In this document: piece after piece, positions 1 through 13,108 of the stretch
Position numbering within the stretch: the first letter of the stretch is position 1
Layout: every line of letters begins with the position of its first letter
Source: Lytechinus pictus
Taxonomy: Eukaryota
DNA: 64,000 nucleotides
Direction: 5' to 3'
NCBI RefSeq assembly: GCF_037042905.1
Contig: NC_087245.1
Location: 23,932,001 to 23,996,000, forward strand
Translations under genes and position numbers: made by a program
The notes under the pieces: generated by a model
What the model was told of the DNA's origin: nothing
The model's input: the letters and a program-made list of their open reading frames with translations, nothing else
The model's database searches: none

Positions 1-2300
1 GATAATGTCCAGTGAAGATGCTCGCACTATAATGATTGCCACACAACATAAAACTCAAAACTATCATCGGGAGGAAGTTCTACCAGCTTTTATTCGGGAA
101 GACACCACGTGAGATAAATCGTATGAAAGTTCACATTTCGCTGTATCCTTAATTCCGATGAAATTTGGGCATTTCATAAATATCAAGATATCGATCATAT
201 TAGAGACAGCTACACATACTTATTACAACATTTATAATGTTCGTGAGTAGGCCTTCGTGCTAGATTGTATACCCTTCACTCGTATAAACGAACAACCCTT
301 CTTAGCTTTTCGAGTTAACGTTAATAAACTACCCGTATATCGAGGTTGGATTTCTTGTTGATAGGACGAGGAGGTAAAATATAATGAGAAATGGCTTTGA
401 TTACACCCACAATAATGTGTTATTTGCATAATAAAGAATTGTTTAAGAGTCAAATCATGCCAGCGTGGATGACAAAGTATACTAAGGAACAGCGAACAAT
501 TATAAGCTATTATGTTAATTTTTTTTATTTGTATGTTCTCATTTACATCGTCACTGTACATTGAACAAAAAAAACCCAGCATGATATACATTAGAATTCA
601 ACATAAAAAAAATTGACAACATTATATATATATAGCAAGAAAGAATTTTATTTTATTATGTTAATTTATAAGAAGCCTTAAGAGGTATTATCCCAAAGGA
701 ATACGCTTAGTATCTCTCATAAGAGGCGTCGAACCCCCCCCCCCATGAACATATTGGGGCCGATGCATCATCCCCAATATGTTCACGAGGGCTAGATTTT
801 GCAAATTTGAAAAAATGTAATATGAAATCCAAATATTTTTTTTATTATTGGCAAGCACTATAAAAACCATTAGAATTAACATAAAAACATTATTAAAATC
901 ATTTTGAAAAATTGTCATTTCTTATCGGGCAAAAGCCTGAATTATAATTTGGCACGCAGAGAGAGCCAAACATTTTTGGACATTTTTTGTTTATATTGCC
1001 TCCTCCCCATCCGAAACATGGATTAACATCTCTCGGAGGATGCGCGATATAAATACATATTCGTAGATTTCTTTAAGGTCCCCGACCCCAACATCATGAT
1101 CAACATGATCAGAAAAAAATCAACGATTGATATGTAATGATTGTAGACCTAAATAAATTAGCAATTACTTTTTTCTTCTTCTTTTTTTTATGACGAGAGT
1201 TAATTTGTAGGTTAATCAAGACTTAGTCAGAATCATAATAAACCTTTAATATCCATTATATAGTATTTGTAATATCAATAACATAATCGTCAGTAGAATA
1301 GTGAATATAAATTTGAGTCTGATGCTAAACACTTTCATGAGGGAAGCCGGTGTGTTTCCGTGATTTAAAATGAAATGCTTCCGGTATTATGTTAACAATG
1401 TTGCCGAACTCCAAAGTATTTTGTACGATTTCAGGTAATTTTTTTTTCTTCATAATAACGACATTATTCTTTCAAAGCGGAAAAAATCCAATGTTTTCCG
1501 AATCAGATGGGAGTTGAATTACATGTACACAAGAAAAATTAGCTTTTCACGGTAGGCTGATAAGCATGTACCGTCCGTCATGATAACAATGTGGGATACT
1601 GTGAATCCATAAAGAGTATGATTTAAAGGTTTGATTGGTAGGTTTATTAATAATTCCAGGCATACCGGATGTATCATAAAATAGCATGTAACGTTACAAG
1701 GTGTTATTTCATAAAGATGTTCGTAAAGTTAGACATAAAATTACGATTAATAGGCCTATATACTGTATATACCGTAGTCACATTTGCTCTATAGGCGGCC
1801 GTTAGGCGAGTCGTTCAGATACTTCAGGGAATTTGGGTTAGAAACAAGAAAACAATGAACTATTTTTTTATATGTTACTATACTTTATAAAGGAAAAAAA
1901 AAACTTGTTCAAATATTCCCCTGTGCCTTATATTTACGAGTCATGTTGGGGGTAGATAAGTCATGTTTTCCCTTTGATTTAAGATAGTGCCTTTTTCGAA
2001 AGAAAGGGTGCCCCTTTTTTCCTGTGGTAGTGCCCCCTCCCCCACTTTCAACTTCGTTTCGCCGCCCCTGCCTGCATGGGCAGGTGAGGATTGAAATATT
2101 TTACCGCCAGGAATGCAGAAACGGCAACAACCACGTTCAACGACATTGGCGTAAAGAAGGAAAGATGTCCGACCCGCATGATTTAAACAGAGAATAGATG
2201 TTCTCAACCGGATATCCGACAGATCGATGTCCCTTTCCTAATTTGTATGAGAGGAAAGATGAAAGTGATTTAAATCATTATTTTCGTGATAACCAGCCAG

Positions 2301-2467
2301 GGGCCCGTTTCATAAAGGACTTGCAACAGTTACTGTTGTAACTTTACCAGTATGGCAACTACCATGGTAACCTTGATTCTGATTGGCTGATGAGCCCTGT
2401 TACCATGGTAGTTGCCATAATGGCAAACTTACAACAGTAAGTTGAAAGTCCTTTATGAAACGGCCCC
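2301..2467. mobile_element. Palindromic MITE (Harbinger-like)
   Basis: TIRs gggcccgtttcataaaggact / agtcctttatgaaacggcccc with near-palindromic interior; CWG-type flanks. Confidence 0.75.
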
Positions 2468-3249
2468 CTGGTGATTGAAATAATTTATGATCTAAATGTT
2501 CACAATATAGAAGCTTGTAAAATAAAATTTGCCAACCAATTATGTCTAACTCAAAGCATGATGTGTGCTGTCATGGGAATCAATCGGTGTCTATATATGG
2601 TGGGGAGAGACCCACACAAATATTGTTCTTTGTGAGGGATTTTTAAAATGTTAGTTTTTTTTTTTTTTTTTTTGGGTGGGGGGGATGGTCAGTGGCTTTA
2701 TTGGTCTAAAAAATGTAGGGGCCCAGACATGGCGTAAAGGGCAAAATTTAAGCGAGCGGGCGAAGTAAGGGAGCAAAATTTTTAAACAGTTTAATACACA
2801 ATCTAACTTAGTGATAGATTTTTTTTATTTTACATGATATTTTAAAATATATCACATAGTTCACCCTTTTTCTTTTCCTTTTTTGGACTTGAAACCTTTT
2901 TTGTCCATGGCCGCAAGTCCCATATCTTATACGCCAAATTGGGGGGGGGGGGGGTAGTCCTTATAAGACCGAAGTTCAAGGGCGTAGGCTGATTCGAGCA
3001 TGAGGAGATGGAACTAAAGTGGTATGGGGGTGCACATCTTGGGGAGGTACGTGGAACCAAAGTTTGGAAAATCAGCTGTTGAAATAAAAGCAGAAGAAGG
3101 GGCCAAATTTCGTTTTGATTGCCAGTGTCGGAAATCCTCTGCCTCAGCGGGTGCACGTGCACCCAGTGATATATGTTAACTTTATTTCTACAAAACTAGG
3201 TACTTCGCAAGGGCTAGCGCGAACCGCGAACTAAAAGTTTAAAAATTGA

Positions 3250-3795
3250 CCTGAAAATTTCATCAAAATCGGAGGTAAAGTAAGAAAGTTACGAGAATTT
3301 AAAGTTTTGCTTATTTTTCACAAAACAGTTATATGCACAACTCAGTGTCATGAAAATGAGAGAGTCGATGATGTCCCTCACTCACTATTTCTTTTATATT
3401 TCATTGTTTGAATTTTATATTTCCATTTTACCGATATCTCCATTTTAACGATTTCACAATAAGGACCAACTTGACTGAACCATACAATTTTAAAACAATT
3501 GTGATGCCACATGTTCAGGGAGGAATAAAACTTTGTTTCACTTGACAATGAAGAGAAAATTGGAATATATCATATAATAAAATACAAAAGATATAGTGAG
3601 TGATGTCATCATTCCCCTTATTTGCATACCGACCAGGATGTAAATATAACTGTTTTGTGAGATTAAGCGAAACCTATAAATGTCATAACTTTCTTATTTT
3701 ACATCCGATTTTGATGAAATTTTCAGTGTTATGCTTGTTGGATCTTTCTCTTTTTATTCAAATCAACTTTTTGTTGGGGTAGACTTGTCTTTTAA
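3250..3795. mobile_element. Truncated copy of the Kolobok-like TTAA non-autonomous element
   Basis: Aligns by eye to 58160-58913; ends ggggtagacttgtctt-TTAA. Confidence 0.75.
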
Positions 3796-4272
3796 ATATA
3801 TCTATGTGCCTCTCAAGGGGGGGGGGGGGGGCACGGGCCAGACGTGCCCCCTGGATTGGCCAGTAGCGTGTGCGTGCGTATGTGTTGGGCGGGTGACCAT
3901 ATAGAACGCCCAAAATATATATATCACCGGCCCCACCCCGTTCCGAGACCCCTAGCTGCTAGGAAAGCATCCCCCTACTATTTGGTTAAATTAAGCTTAA
4001 TTTTTTTATTTATATTTTGAGATCTAACTTTCAACCGCAACCACATTTAGAAGTCGTTGGAACTACACATGCATTTCAGAAATGATTAATATTATTGTTT
4101 GCAGGTGATAGTTGTATAGGAATTCATCGGTGGCACATTAATTCGTACAATTATTGTTGGGGGCAGCGCGATCGGCTGAGCGAGAGATAGCTAGGCTACT
4201 ATATTTACTTCGAAGACATCCCCGGATTTACAGTGCGCCAGTGTTATAGCTACTAGCTTCGCACCCAGCAGC

Positions 4273-4304
<32 letters not shown>

Positions 4305-4650
4305 GGGGGGGGGGGGTCACATTGGGGAATGCTACAATAAGCAAAAAAAAAACAAAAAAAAACCAAATGGTAGCCTGCACGGTGACGTGGTGGTCCTCAA
4401 AATGCTAGTACACCCCCCCCCCATAAAATAAGAGAGCCTGCCCATCGCTCTCTCTCTCTCCTAGTCTGCAAACACAAACTCGCATTTGACACTAACAACT
4501 AATATTATGTCTAGGGTAAAGGCATAGAGTAAAATAACCCCTAATATTTAAATCTATGAATGAAGAATAAACTCCAAAGTGCAAAAACCGTATCAGATGA
4601 TCTATTATCCATTTATCCTCCTTCAGAGTTCAGACTCTTCCTAATAAAAG

Positions 4651-4665
4651 TCTGGGAGCTGTAGC
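4651..4665 (-). promoter_or_regulatory. ZNF143(Staf)/THAP11-type motif in the UQCC2 proximal promoter
   Basis: The minus strand reads GCTACAGCTCCCAGA versus consensus ACTACAnnTCCCAG; about 50 bp upstream of the ATG. Confidence 0.45.
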
Positions 4666-4715
4666 CTAAACGCCTAATTTACTCGCTGGTTACATCATAT
4701 CTCATCTTACGCAGT

Positions 4716-4853
4716 ATGGCAGCATCTCGATACAGGAAATTTCTCCGCTTGATGGAAGATTGGCCTGCAGATCCATCAAAAAGGGGTAGAGATTTGGCAG
4801 TCGCAATTCGGGAAAGGGTCGCACATGGGTTCAGGAGAGGAGAAAACTCTGAG
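4716..4853 (+). CDS. UQCC2: UQCC2 coding exon 1
   Basis: ATG at 4716; donor GAG|gtaagt at 4853/4854. Confidence 0.95.
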
Positions 4854-7800
4854 GTAAGTAGATTCTGCCTAAACATAAACTTGATCTGTGTCCAATCTTT
4901 TTATGTAGTCCCGTGCCTTGAATTATGTGTAGGATTAACTTAGTCTTAGACAGCTGGCAGCCGTCTGTTTCGAGGAGTTTTTTTTACATTTTTTAAATTT
5001 CTCCTCATACAAAGACGGCTCGCTATCGTGCAGCCACCATTAGGGGACTTACAATGCAAAATCCCCTCGTCGGGGCTCTTCAATTTTTGTCTTTAATGAA
5101 TCAAACTTTTGAAAATTAACGCGACCGAAATCACTCCTAGTAGTAGTACCAATGAGGTCCAAACATTAGCATGTATGGACCTCATAGGCGACAATGCGTT
5201 AAAAACAGGTTAGAAGTCCTGCACCCAAGTATTTTTATGATATTAGTGATTATTACTCGAAAAATGCAAGCTTTGTCCTCATTTGTTTAGCATTTATTAA
5301 AAAATTACCCATTAACTATAATCCTACTCATACTTTAAATGTTATAAAATAAAGGGAAACTTACATTTGAGTCCTTTTTCGATCTTTTCTTGGCAGTCAG
5401 TCCGGTCCCGTCGAGTGCGATCAAAGCGGTACGAAGCTGATTTTCAGATCACGTGATACGAGTAGTCATCACCTGATCGATCGACTATCCTTTTTTAAAG
5501 ACCGCAACAATTATAAATTTTATTATAAAATATATATAGAATAAATAATTGCATGATATTATATATATTTCTACAATTAAAAATATTTTGTGATATGAAT
5601 TTAATATTTGACGTAAAAATCGCTATTTAACAAAATATTTATTAAAAAATAAAAAATCAAACAAAATAAAAACGCCTTGGACACAGTGCAAAAAACCTAA
5701 CAATTTGGCCGCGTTCTTAACAACTATCGTAAGGGGCGCTCTATTTATAAATAAAAAAGAATGTACAGCTGTCTACCGCGACGTGGTTTGTCCCAAGATT
5801 TGGGACAAATCCGTGGGAATTCTTGAAAAAATACATCAAAAGAACTGGTGAGTACCGATTAAAAATTATCAAAGTAGTAAATAGGTTATACATAACTTAT
5901 AGATATATATTTTAAATTGATATTGATGCTTAGTTCCAAGCTAGGGCGGCCCAAATGTGCGTGAGTGGAGTCCCAGTTTATTAACACGGGTAAGTATTGG
6001 GGTGTCGCCTAGAGTGACCGAAATGCAAATTAACATGATAATATTCCCTCTTGGCATTAATTGCCAAAAAAAACAGGGAAAATCAAGTTAAAAGGAACAA
6101 AAACAGTGACTTACCTCGGCTGTCGCGCAACTTCACTGCCCTGTTTTATCCAAACTTAATACACATACACATATGGCCATTGAGTCCCCTGTACAGATCG
6201 CGCTGTAGAAGTACTAGAACCTCGGTCTCTGTATTTTGTGAGTGAAGCCAACGGAGTTCAGCTGAACAACCAACATAACAGAGACCGAAGCTTTTGGTCT
6301 AGTGTAGGATATGCTTATGATTCATTGATTGAACGCAAAAATACTGAGCTGGGCCGGGGGGGGGTAGCCTTGAGAACTCCATGATGATATATTTTAATAT
6401 TTTAGAAAGTCAAAAAGGGGCCTAAGCTTTCGATCCTAGCAGAATCTTCGTCGGAGGCAAAATGACAAACATATAAAGTGGAACAACCATAATATAGACC
6501 ACAAACAAGCTACAGCAACACTAGAAACAAGGAGACAAAAGGGGCATTAGTGAGTAGAGAAGACCAATCAGTTTAGTGAAGGGGATGAAAGAAAAGGAGT
6601 AGGCAGACACAAAGGGAAGTTAGTGTAAGTAAGGCCAGTAAAAGACCTCAAGCCAAGAGGGATTAAGATAATGAGGCAGGCAACATCAAACAGGATCTGG
6701 AACAAAACGGTGATAATGGGATGAATAACAAGAGAATTAGTGAGAGGTGGGTCAAACAGGTTACAAAGAAAGGCACAATAAACTGGTGCATAAGAGTGGG
6801 GGAAAAAAGGAAAAGAATGGGGAACAACTGATAATGTGCAAAAGACATATAAGTATATATGATAAAGCATTAAACAAACTAAGAGAAGAAGGTAAGTGTA
6901 AATATGTATCTATAAGTGATATGTATATAAATATATCCAAAAAAGAAATGTATATATTAATTTTAATATTTTGACATATACTTCTTCATCATGGAGCCTT
7001 GAATCGCCTCCCATACATGAGACACATCTTTGTAAAAAATTGTAGATAGAAATCCCATAAATGTTTGTGATTTTATTTATTTTTACACCTTCCTACGCCT
7101 AATTAAAGGTTACAAAAATTGGTTGATAAAAAGGTGAAAAATTTAAGGTTTCTTACCAGACCGATCTCGTGTAGATCCCTCGATCCGTTTGTCAACAAAG
7201 CAAATACAATAGGTCTGACCCTTGAACCACTTTATGACGTACGTTCGATTAGCGATGTTACAAAATGTCAAAATATTAAAAAATATCATGGAGTCCTCAA
7301 GGCTAGGGGGGGATACCTAGGGCGAAGTTCGTGCAGGCTCCACTCCACTTCACTACCGCTACACTACACATCACCTACTTGAACTTCGGGACCGTGAACC
7401 ATTTCGGATATACCGAGTGACAAAGGTGGGATGAAATGATGGTTTATTGTAAAAATTACAGAAAAAAAATATAATGAGAAAGATAAATAGCTTAATATCT
7501 TACTCTACACCCGTATTTCACTCCGTGTCCATCCTCCAGTTATCCTCAAAATTGGTGATTTTGGGCCAGTATCAAATTCCTCACACGTATTATTCACGGC
7601 CGATTTCAAAACATTGTACCGGTATGCAATGAACGTAGAGGGTTGCTAAGGTCCACTCGATACGCGCATACAATGTTTTGAAATCGGCCGTGAATAATAC
7701 GTGTGAGGAATTTGATACTGGCCCAAAATCACCAATTTTGAGGACAACCGGAGGATGGACACGGAGTGAAATAAGGGTGTAGAGTAAGATATAAAGCTAT

Positions 7801-10800
7801 TTATCTTTCTCAATATATTTTTTTCTGTAATTTTTACAATAAACCATCATTTAATCCCACCTTTGTCACTCGGTATATCCGAAATGGTTCACGGTCCCGA
7901 AGTTCAGGTAGGTGGAGCGTAGTGTAGTGGTAGTGAAGTGGAGTGGAGCCTGCACGAACTTCGCCCGAAGTAGGGGGGGTATTCTGAAAAGTCTCATAAG
8001 TTTCTTCATAAGTTACCTATTTAATGGAGCGCTAATAGACCTCCAAATTCGTATTCTGAAAACTCTATTAGTGCTCAATTAACTCCCTTTTTATTTAAGG
8101 CCACTCCCCTACTGAGCTAAATTAAATTGGCCAATCAAATGCACTTGGCTTAGTCTTACAACGTGAATTTTCTACTGGTGTGCAGTGTTTCTTCACTTTG
8201 CTGGCTTGCAGCGCAGCGCCCAGCTGCTGCAGATGCACTGCGCTATGATCTTGATACATAGATTTTTGCTGAAAAATAATGCTACCAAAAAAATAAGTTT
8301 TTGCATCAGATTCTATGATCTTGATACATAGATATTTTGCTGAAAAATAATGCTACAAAAAAAAGAAGTTTTGGCATCAAAGCTTGGAGTTTGTTGTGTT
8401 GTTGAAGTTATCAGGTTGTCTTGTCCCTTTCTCTATCATTTATCTTGTTGTTTTTCATTCTTTTATTTTTTATTTTTCTTTTACAATATTTTATTTGCCT
8501 CTGTCTCGGGCACTGCTCTGGGAGGGGATTCTTCTATAACATTAATTCCTGCTTATTTTTGAAATAATTTTTTTTTCAATTTATTATATGGGAAATCTTC
8601 TCCAGCAAAATGCTGATTTGAATAAAAAGATTTTAAAAATCAGACAAGCATGATAAAGCAGAAATTTTATCAAAATTGGATGTGGAGATTAGATGGGGAA
8701 AACGAGGCATCGCTCACAATTAAAAAATTTCTATGAGAGAATATTCATTTAAATACTAGAGACTAGAGGTGTCTATTTTTATTTTTCATTGTCTGAAACA
8801 AAGTTTGATTCATCCCTGAACATTGCTGCACCTATCGTGATTTGGCAATTTCAATAAACTGTCAAAATAATGTGAAAAAAGAAAATACTGTATGATGCTA
8901 ATAATAAAAGGAAATATAGACAAATAATAGTCATATTTCCCCTATTTACACAATTTTCTGTTTCCTTTTCCCTCTTTTCTAATTTTTTTATTACCAAATA
9001 TATTCCCTATTCCTTGTTTTAGGCCTATACTTGTTTCTATAAAACCTTCTTTCCCTTTATTCTATTTCCTTTTTATACCTTTCTCCTTAATTCTCTTCCT
9101 TCCTCCTACTTTTGGTCATAGTAGTAAACTGATTTGATGATATTTATAAGAAATGAAAGCCACAATTAGCAAGAGATGATGAGACTTAATGGACTTCTTA
9201 TCACTATTATCTTTCTTAATTGGAAAGTCCGTTAATTGAGTGCTATGAGACTTTTCAGAATATCAAAAATCTCGTACATGTAACTACTCAATTAAGTCTT
9301 TGCGCGGTCATAACGCGTACTATTGCAAGCGCGCGCAATGCACCCTTGCCAAATAAGGAAAGGGGCACTTAAGTGACTTTTCAGAATACCAACATGCTAA
9401 TTGAGTGCTAATTGACCTCTAATTAAGCTTTCAGAATACCGCCGCAGAGCTTCTCGAGTCCCAGGACAGAGGACTGGGTCTGGTCACTTTGCCTTTTGCG
9501 TTTTAAAAGTTAAGATATGCACAGTAGATATAGCTTAATATCTTTGTTGAGACTCCACATTTTTCTCAGGAAATTAGGCTCCACATTAATTGACTTTATT
9601 GCAATGGAGAAATTGAGGCCCAATCAGGCAACCAGAAAGTCAAAACAAAACCCATCAATTTCTTGGTGGCCTGATATAAAAGTTTGGTGGCATGAAAAAA
9701 AGAAAGAAATACATTTAGAAATTGATAAAACAGGTATTTGAATATTAATTCTGCAGGCATGACCACTAAGTTAGTTTCACTATCTTCTGTATACATGTAG
9801 ACCTTGTTGTTGTTTTTGTATTGTGCGAATTGATTTATACATGTATGTTGTATATTTTAAAATAGAAATTATACTATTATTGTAAATATGAAATGATTGA
9901 AATAGGAAAATAAATGAGTCGCATTGTTCCCAGGTGGTGTGGACTATATTTCTTTGATCCTCATACAGACATAAACATAATAGCAGCCGAAAGCAAATGA
10001 ATCATGCTCATAAAAAGCTGAGGTACGAAACAATCATTCATTTTTCGCTCAATGAATCCCAAAACTAAGAATATGCAGGACCCAAATCCAGGTCATTATT
10101 TCTCTGTTGCAACATACTGCAGCAGAAGAAATTCACAGAAAATGTGCTGCAAAATAAGAACAGTGCATAATAGGGGGGACAACAGCAAACAAAAATATGA
10201 TACAAAAAGAAAACAGAAATGCAATAAAGAAGAGAAATAAAATCAAGAAAAATTAAAGGAAATACAAAGAACAAGAAAAGAAATGTAACATTTTAAAAAG
10301 AAAGAAAAGAAAAAATCAAAATAAGGAAAGAAGAAGAAACAAACAAACGTACATTAAAAAATAAAACAAAACTAAAATAAAATGGGGGGAAAAGAAAAGG
10401 GAAAAGAAAAGAGAAAAAAATTAAGTAGAAAAATCTCAAGAAGCTACATTTTTTTATACAAATATTTTTTTAACAGCTGTGACAAAAGTAAACAATTCTG
10501 ACTGGAATTTGATTATAAGGGTGATTTTATGCACCACTTTTTTTACCCTAGAATCATGATTCAAATCATGATTCTGCAGAATCATGATTGTGTTAAGTCA
10601 AAAGTGAAAATAAACGTCTTTCAAATCACAAACATGAAACATGGAAAAAGGGGCGTTTGGAAAGACGTTTCTGTAGAATCACGAACGAAAAAGGTCGTAT
10701 AAACGCAATCGTGATTTGAATCATGATTCTATGACATCACTGTGTCGAGCTGCTTTCGGTTTGACTCTGCCCAAGCTCAAGGCGTGCGCTATGCTCAGTG

Positions 10801-13108
10801 TGCTATGCATGCATTTCTGTCAAGTTCAAGTTCTGTGTTGGTCATTGCATCGCCCACTGCTTTTTTTTTTCTGTCATGTTTTTTCTGTCAAGTTCTAGTA
10901 AATCAACTAACTGGACAGACAATGATCTCAGTTGTTGAGTTAACAGTGTCAATATTAAATTGGATCTACGCTGAAATTCACTTCCGAACACCATTAAAAA
11001 AAAAAAGACAATATGAATAGAAGTAAACAAAATGACTAAATTCTGGAAGCAAGAGATTGATTTTCGAGAGCCGAAACACGTGTGAAAAAGTTAAAGACAA
11101 TAAAAAGAAATTACAATATGAATAGAAGTAAACAAAATGACAAAAATTGACTCATCTCGATGATAAAACTTACAAAATGAGATAGTATCCACCTTTCAAT
11201 ATTAGATCAAGTACTGGTATTAGCTATTAAAAACTAAACAAAACTATGAATCTTCTCCTACCACTACCAGCACAGCTTTTTTTTCACACGAAGTGCCATG
11301 CCAACAGCAGTGATTATTCACTCTTTCAACTGAGTTATTCCAGAGCAGCCTTCATTACCAAATTAATATACTCACCATTTACTAGCTCTCCAGTTCAGAC
11401 ACTTCATTTTTACTTGTACATGGAGCTTTGTTCTCTCACTGCACTCAGTGTCAACAACTAAATGTGCTTTGAATGATCTCTTTGTGTATTTGTCTATTTT
11501 AAATTCAATCTTGCAGATAAATGAGAAAGAATGTGACAGGATGTATGATGCCCTTAACAAGATCCACACAGATTTCTTCAGGGAAAAGGTAAATATGGAA
11601 AATTTGCCTAAAATCTACACCTAAAATGTTTTAGATGGAAATAATACTGAAAAAAAGAGAATCTGACAAATGCACTTTGCGCTTTGCTCTGGTCTGGATT
11701 TTAATCTAGTACCCTATGTGCACGAGCATGCTCAACCGACTGAGCTATCCAGGATTTCTTGAGAGCAATGTAACCTTTAATATCTCAAAAGCTTGTTTCT
11801 TTAGTTTGACAGTGCGGTGGAGTATTCCCCCCACCAACTTATTCATACACCTTGAGGCAGGTCCCCCCTCAGTAGGGCAATCACTGCCATAAGATTTCTT
11901 TGGTGGACATCTACTATACTGTACATTAATATCATAGTAGATGGGCTTGAAAATAATCGTGAAATAAATCACATTCTATAATCTATAATAATCTTGCATT
12001 ATGTGAGGTACTTACTAGTCTGCTTTCCACCATTGAAATATTTGCATGTATCAACTGCATAATGAGGTTAGAGAATGCCCAAACTCATAATCACCATGCT
12101 GGCGTTGTGGTATAGTGGTTACAACTCTCGTCTTTCAATCAGAAGGACGTGGGTTAGAATCCAAGCCATGGCGTGTTTTCCTTCAGCAAGAAATTTACCC
12201 ACATTGTGCTGCACTCGACCCAGGTGAGGTGAATGGGTACCCGGTAGGATTTATTCCTTGAATGTTTTAGCGCCTATATGGCGGCTCAGCTACAGACGGG
12301 GTGATAAAATGATACCAAGTATCAAGCGCAGTAGAGTATATGCAATTATAGCAGCTGTGCTATATTAATGGACCATATTATTGTTATTATGATTGGTCAA
12401 TACTTCAATTTGATTGTACAATATGCACAGTGTGCAGACTTTCCACGGCTACAGTTCTTGTCAGGTACATGTACATTGATTATCTTGTAAAATAAACATC
12501 TTTTGTATTTTATCCAACAGTACCCACGACTAAAAGATTCATCAGCGACGGGAACCTCCGTAGAAATTTGCCATATGGTGATGGCTACAGGTATGAAAAT
12601 TGTGTTTTAATCTATAATTTTTTTTTATATCAATGTTGACATCCTATTGTTTGTTTGGGCCATGCGCGCAACCTGCTTATTAAGGGTATCCCTCCATTCT
12701 TATATTCATATACATGTACTACCGTTATGTCAATACTGAGTTACCGGTATATTTGAAATGTATGCTGGTTTTTTAAAGATGGAACATAATTTAAAGTAAA
12801 TAGCAGTTATTTCATCCTTGTCAGTATATCAACTACCTGTAAATAATTCCTGAATTATCAGTATGAATCAATGATTGCTGAGTTTCCCAAGCCATGATCA
12901 GGTTGTTCGGAACAAACTGTCTAAGAATAAGAATATGATGTGTATATCTGAATGTAAATAATGCTAAAGGCACTGTTAACATAATTTCCCATTAACATAT
13001 TTGGCAGATACCATCACTGAAATGGAGAATATGAATAAGAGTAGATGGCAGAAGATCAAGGAGTCAATGCCCTGGAGTTCAGCAGGACCAGGGGTTGACA
13101 AAAGCTGA
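4716..13108 (+). CDS. UQCC2: Ubiquinol-cytochrome c reductase complex assembly factor 2 (UQCC2/MNF1), 4 coding exons, 126 aa
   Basis: Exons 4716-4853, 11517-11588, 12521-12590 and 13008-13108 join in frame through GT-AG introns (phases 0,0,1). Product: [126 protein letters not shown]. Recognisably similar to vertebrate UQCC2 (MAASRYRRFL..W...KRGRDL..., YPR, W.K.). Confidence 0.95.
6404..6959 (-). mobile_element. 5'-truncated Penelope-like retroelement end carrying a hammerhead motif
   Basis: Flanked by a 13-bp direct repeat ATTTTAATATTTT (6391-6403 and 6960-6972) that splits the host TIR; hammerhead-like motif near its 3' end. Confidence 0.65.
6420..6458 (-). ncRNA. Minimal type-I hammerhead ribozyme-like motif
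   Basis: Minus strand: GCCU-CCGACGA-A-GAUUCU gcu AGGAUC-GAAA-GCUU-AGGC. Stem I gcct/aggc, 6-bp stem II, palindromic AAGCUU stem III; the core has U4 changed to C. Confidence 0.6.
7320..7966. mobile_element. Foldback element: two near-perfect arms of about 300 bp around a spacer of about 50 bp
   Basis: 7320-7619 is the reverse complement of about 7670-7966 with few mismatches; GGGC...GCCC termini. Confidence 0.85.
7974..9444. mobile_element. Non-autonomous DNA transposon of about 1.47 kb (Harbinger-like)
   Basis: TIRs gggggtattctgaaaa / ctttcagaataccgcc; subterminal tattctgaaaa repeats at 7980 and 8052, inverted at about 9252, 9377 and 9429; tag/cag flanks. Confidence 0.65.
11517..11588 (+). 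CDS. UQCC2: UQCC2 exon 2
   Basis: ttgcag|ATA ... AAG|gtaaat; encodes [24 protein letters not shown]. Confidence 0.93.
12101..12390 (+). mobile_element. tRNA-derived SINE in UQCC2 intron 2
   Basis: A-box tggtatagtgg, B-box-like ggttagaatcc, body gcactcgacccaggtgaggtgaatgggtacc, (tta)-like tail. Confidence 0.75.
12521..12590 (+). CDS. UQCC2: UQCC2 exon 3
   Basis: ccaacag|TAC CCA CGA ... ACA G|gtatg; contains the conserved YPR motif. Confidence 0.93.
13008..13108 (+). CDS. UQCC2: UQCC2 exon 4 (last coding exon)
   Basis: ttggcag|AT ACC...; TGA at 13106-13108. Confidence 0.9.

Larger units (their letters stand above)
6365..7305. mobile_element. Non-autonomous TIR element inserted in a poly-G tract and interrupted by a retroelement fragment
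   Basis: TIRs tagccttgag(a/g)actccatgat...ttttaatatttt at both ends; G-runs on both flanks. Confidence 0.75.

Noticed and set aside
232-591. 119-aa minus-strand ORF, possibly a decayed L1/Tx1 ORF2 fragment
   Set aside because: No motif I can identify securely; neighbouring frames are full of stops.
4275-4316. Poly-T/poly-G runs (many across the window) as G-quadruplex regulators
   Set aside because: They occur throughout the window, mostly inside MITEs, with no positional specificity.
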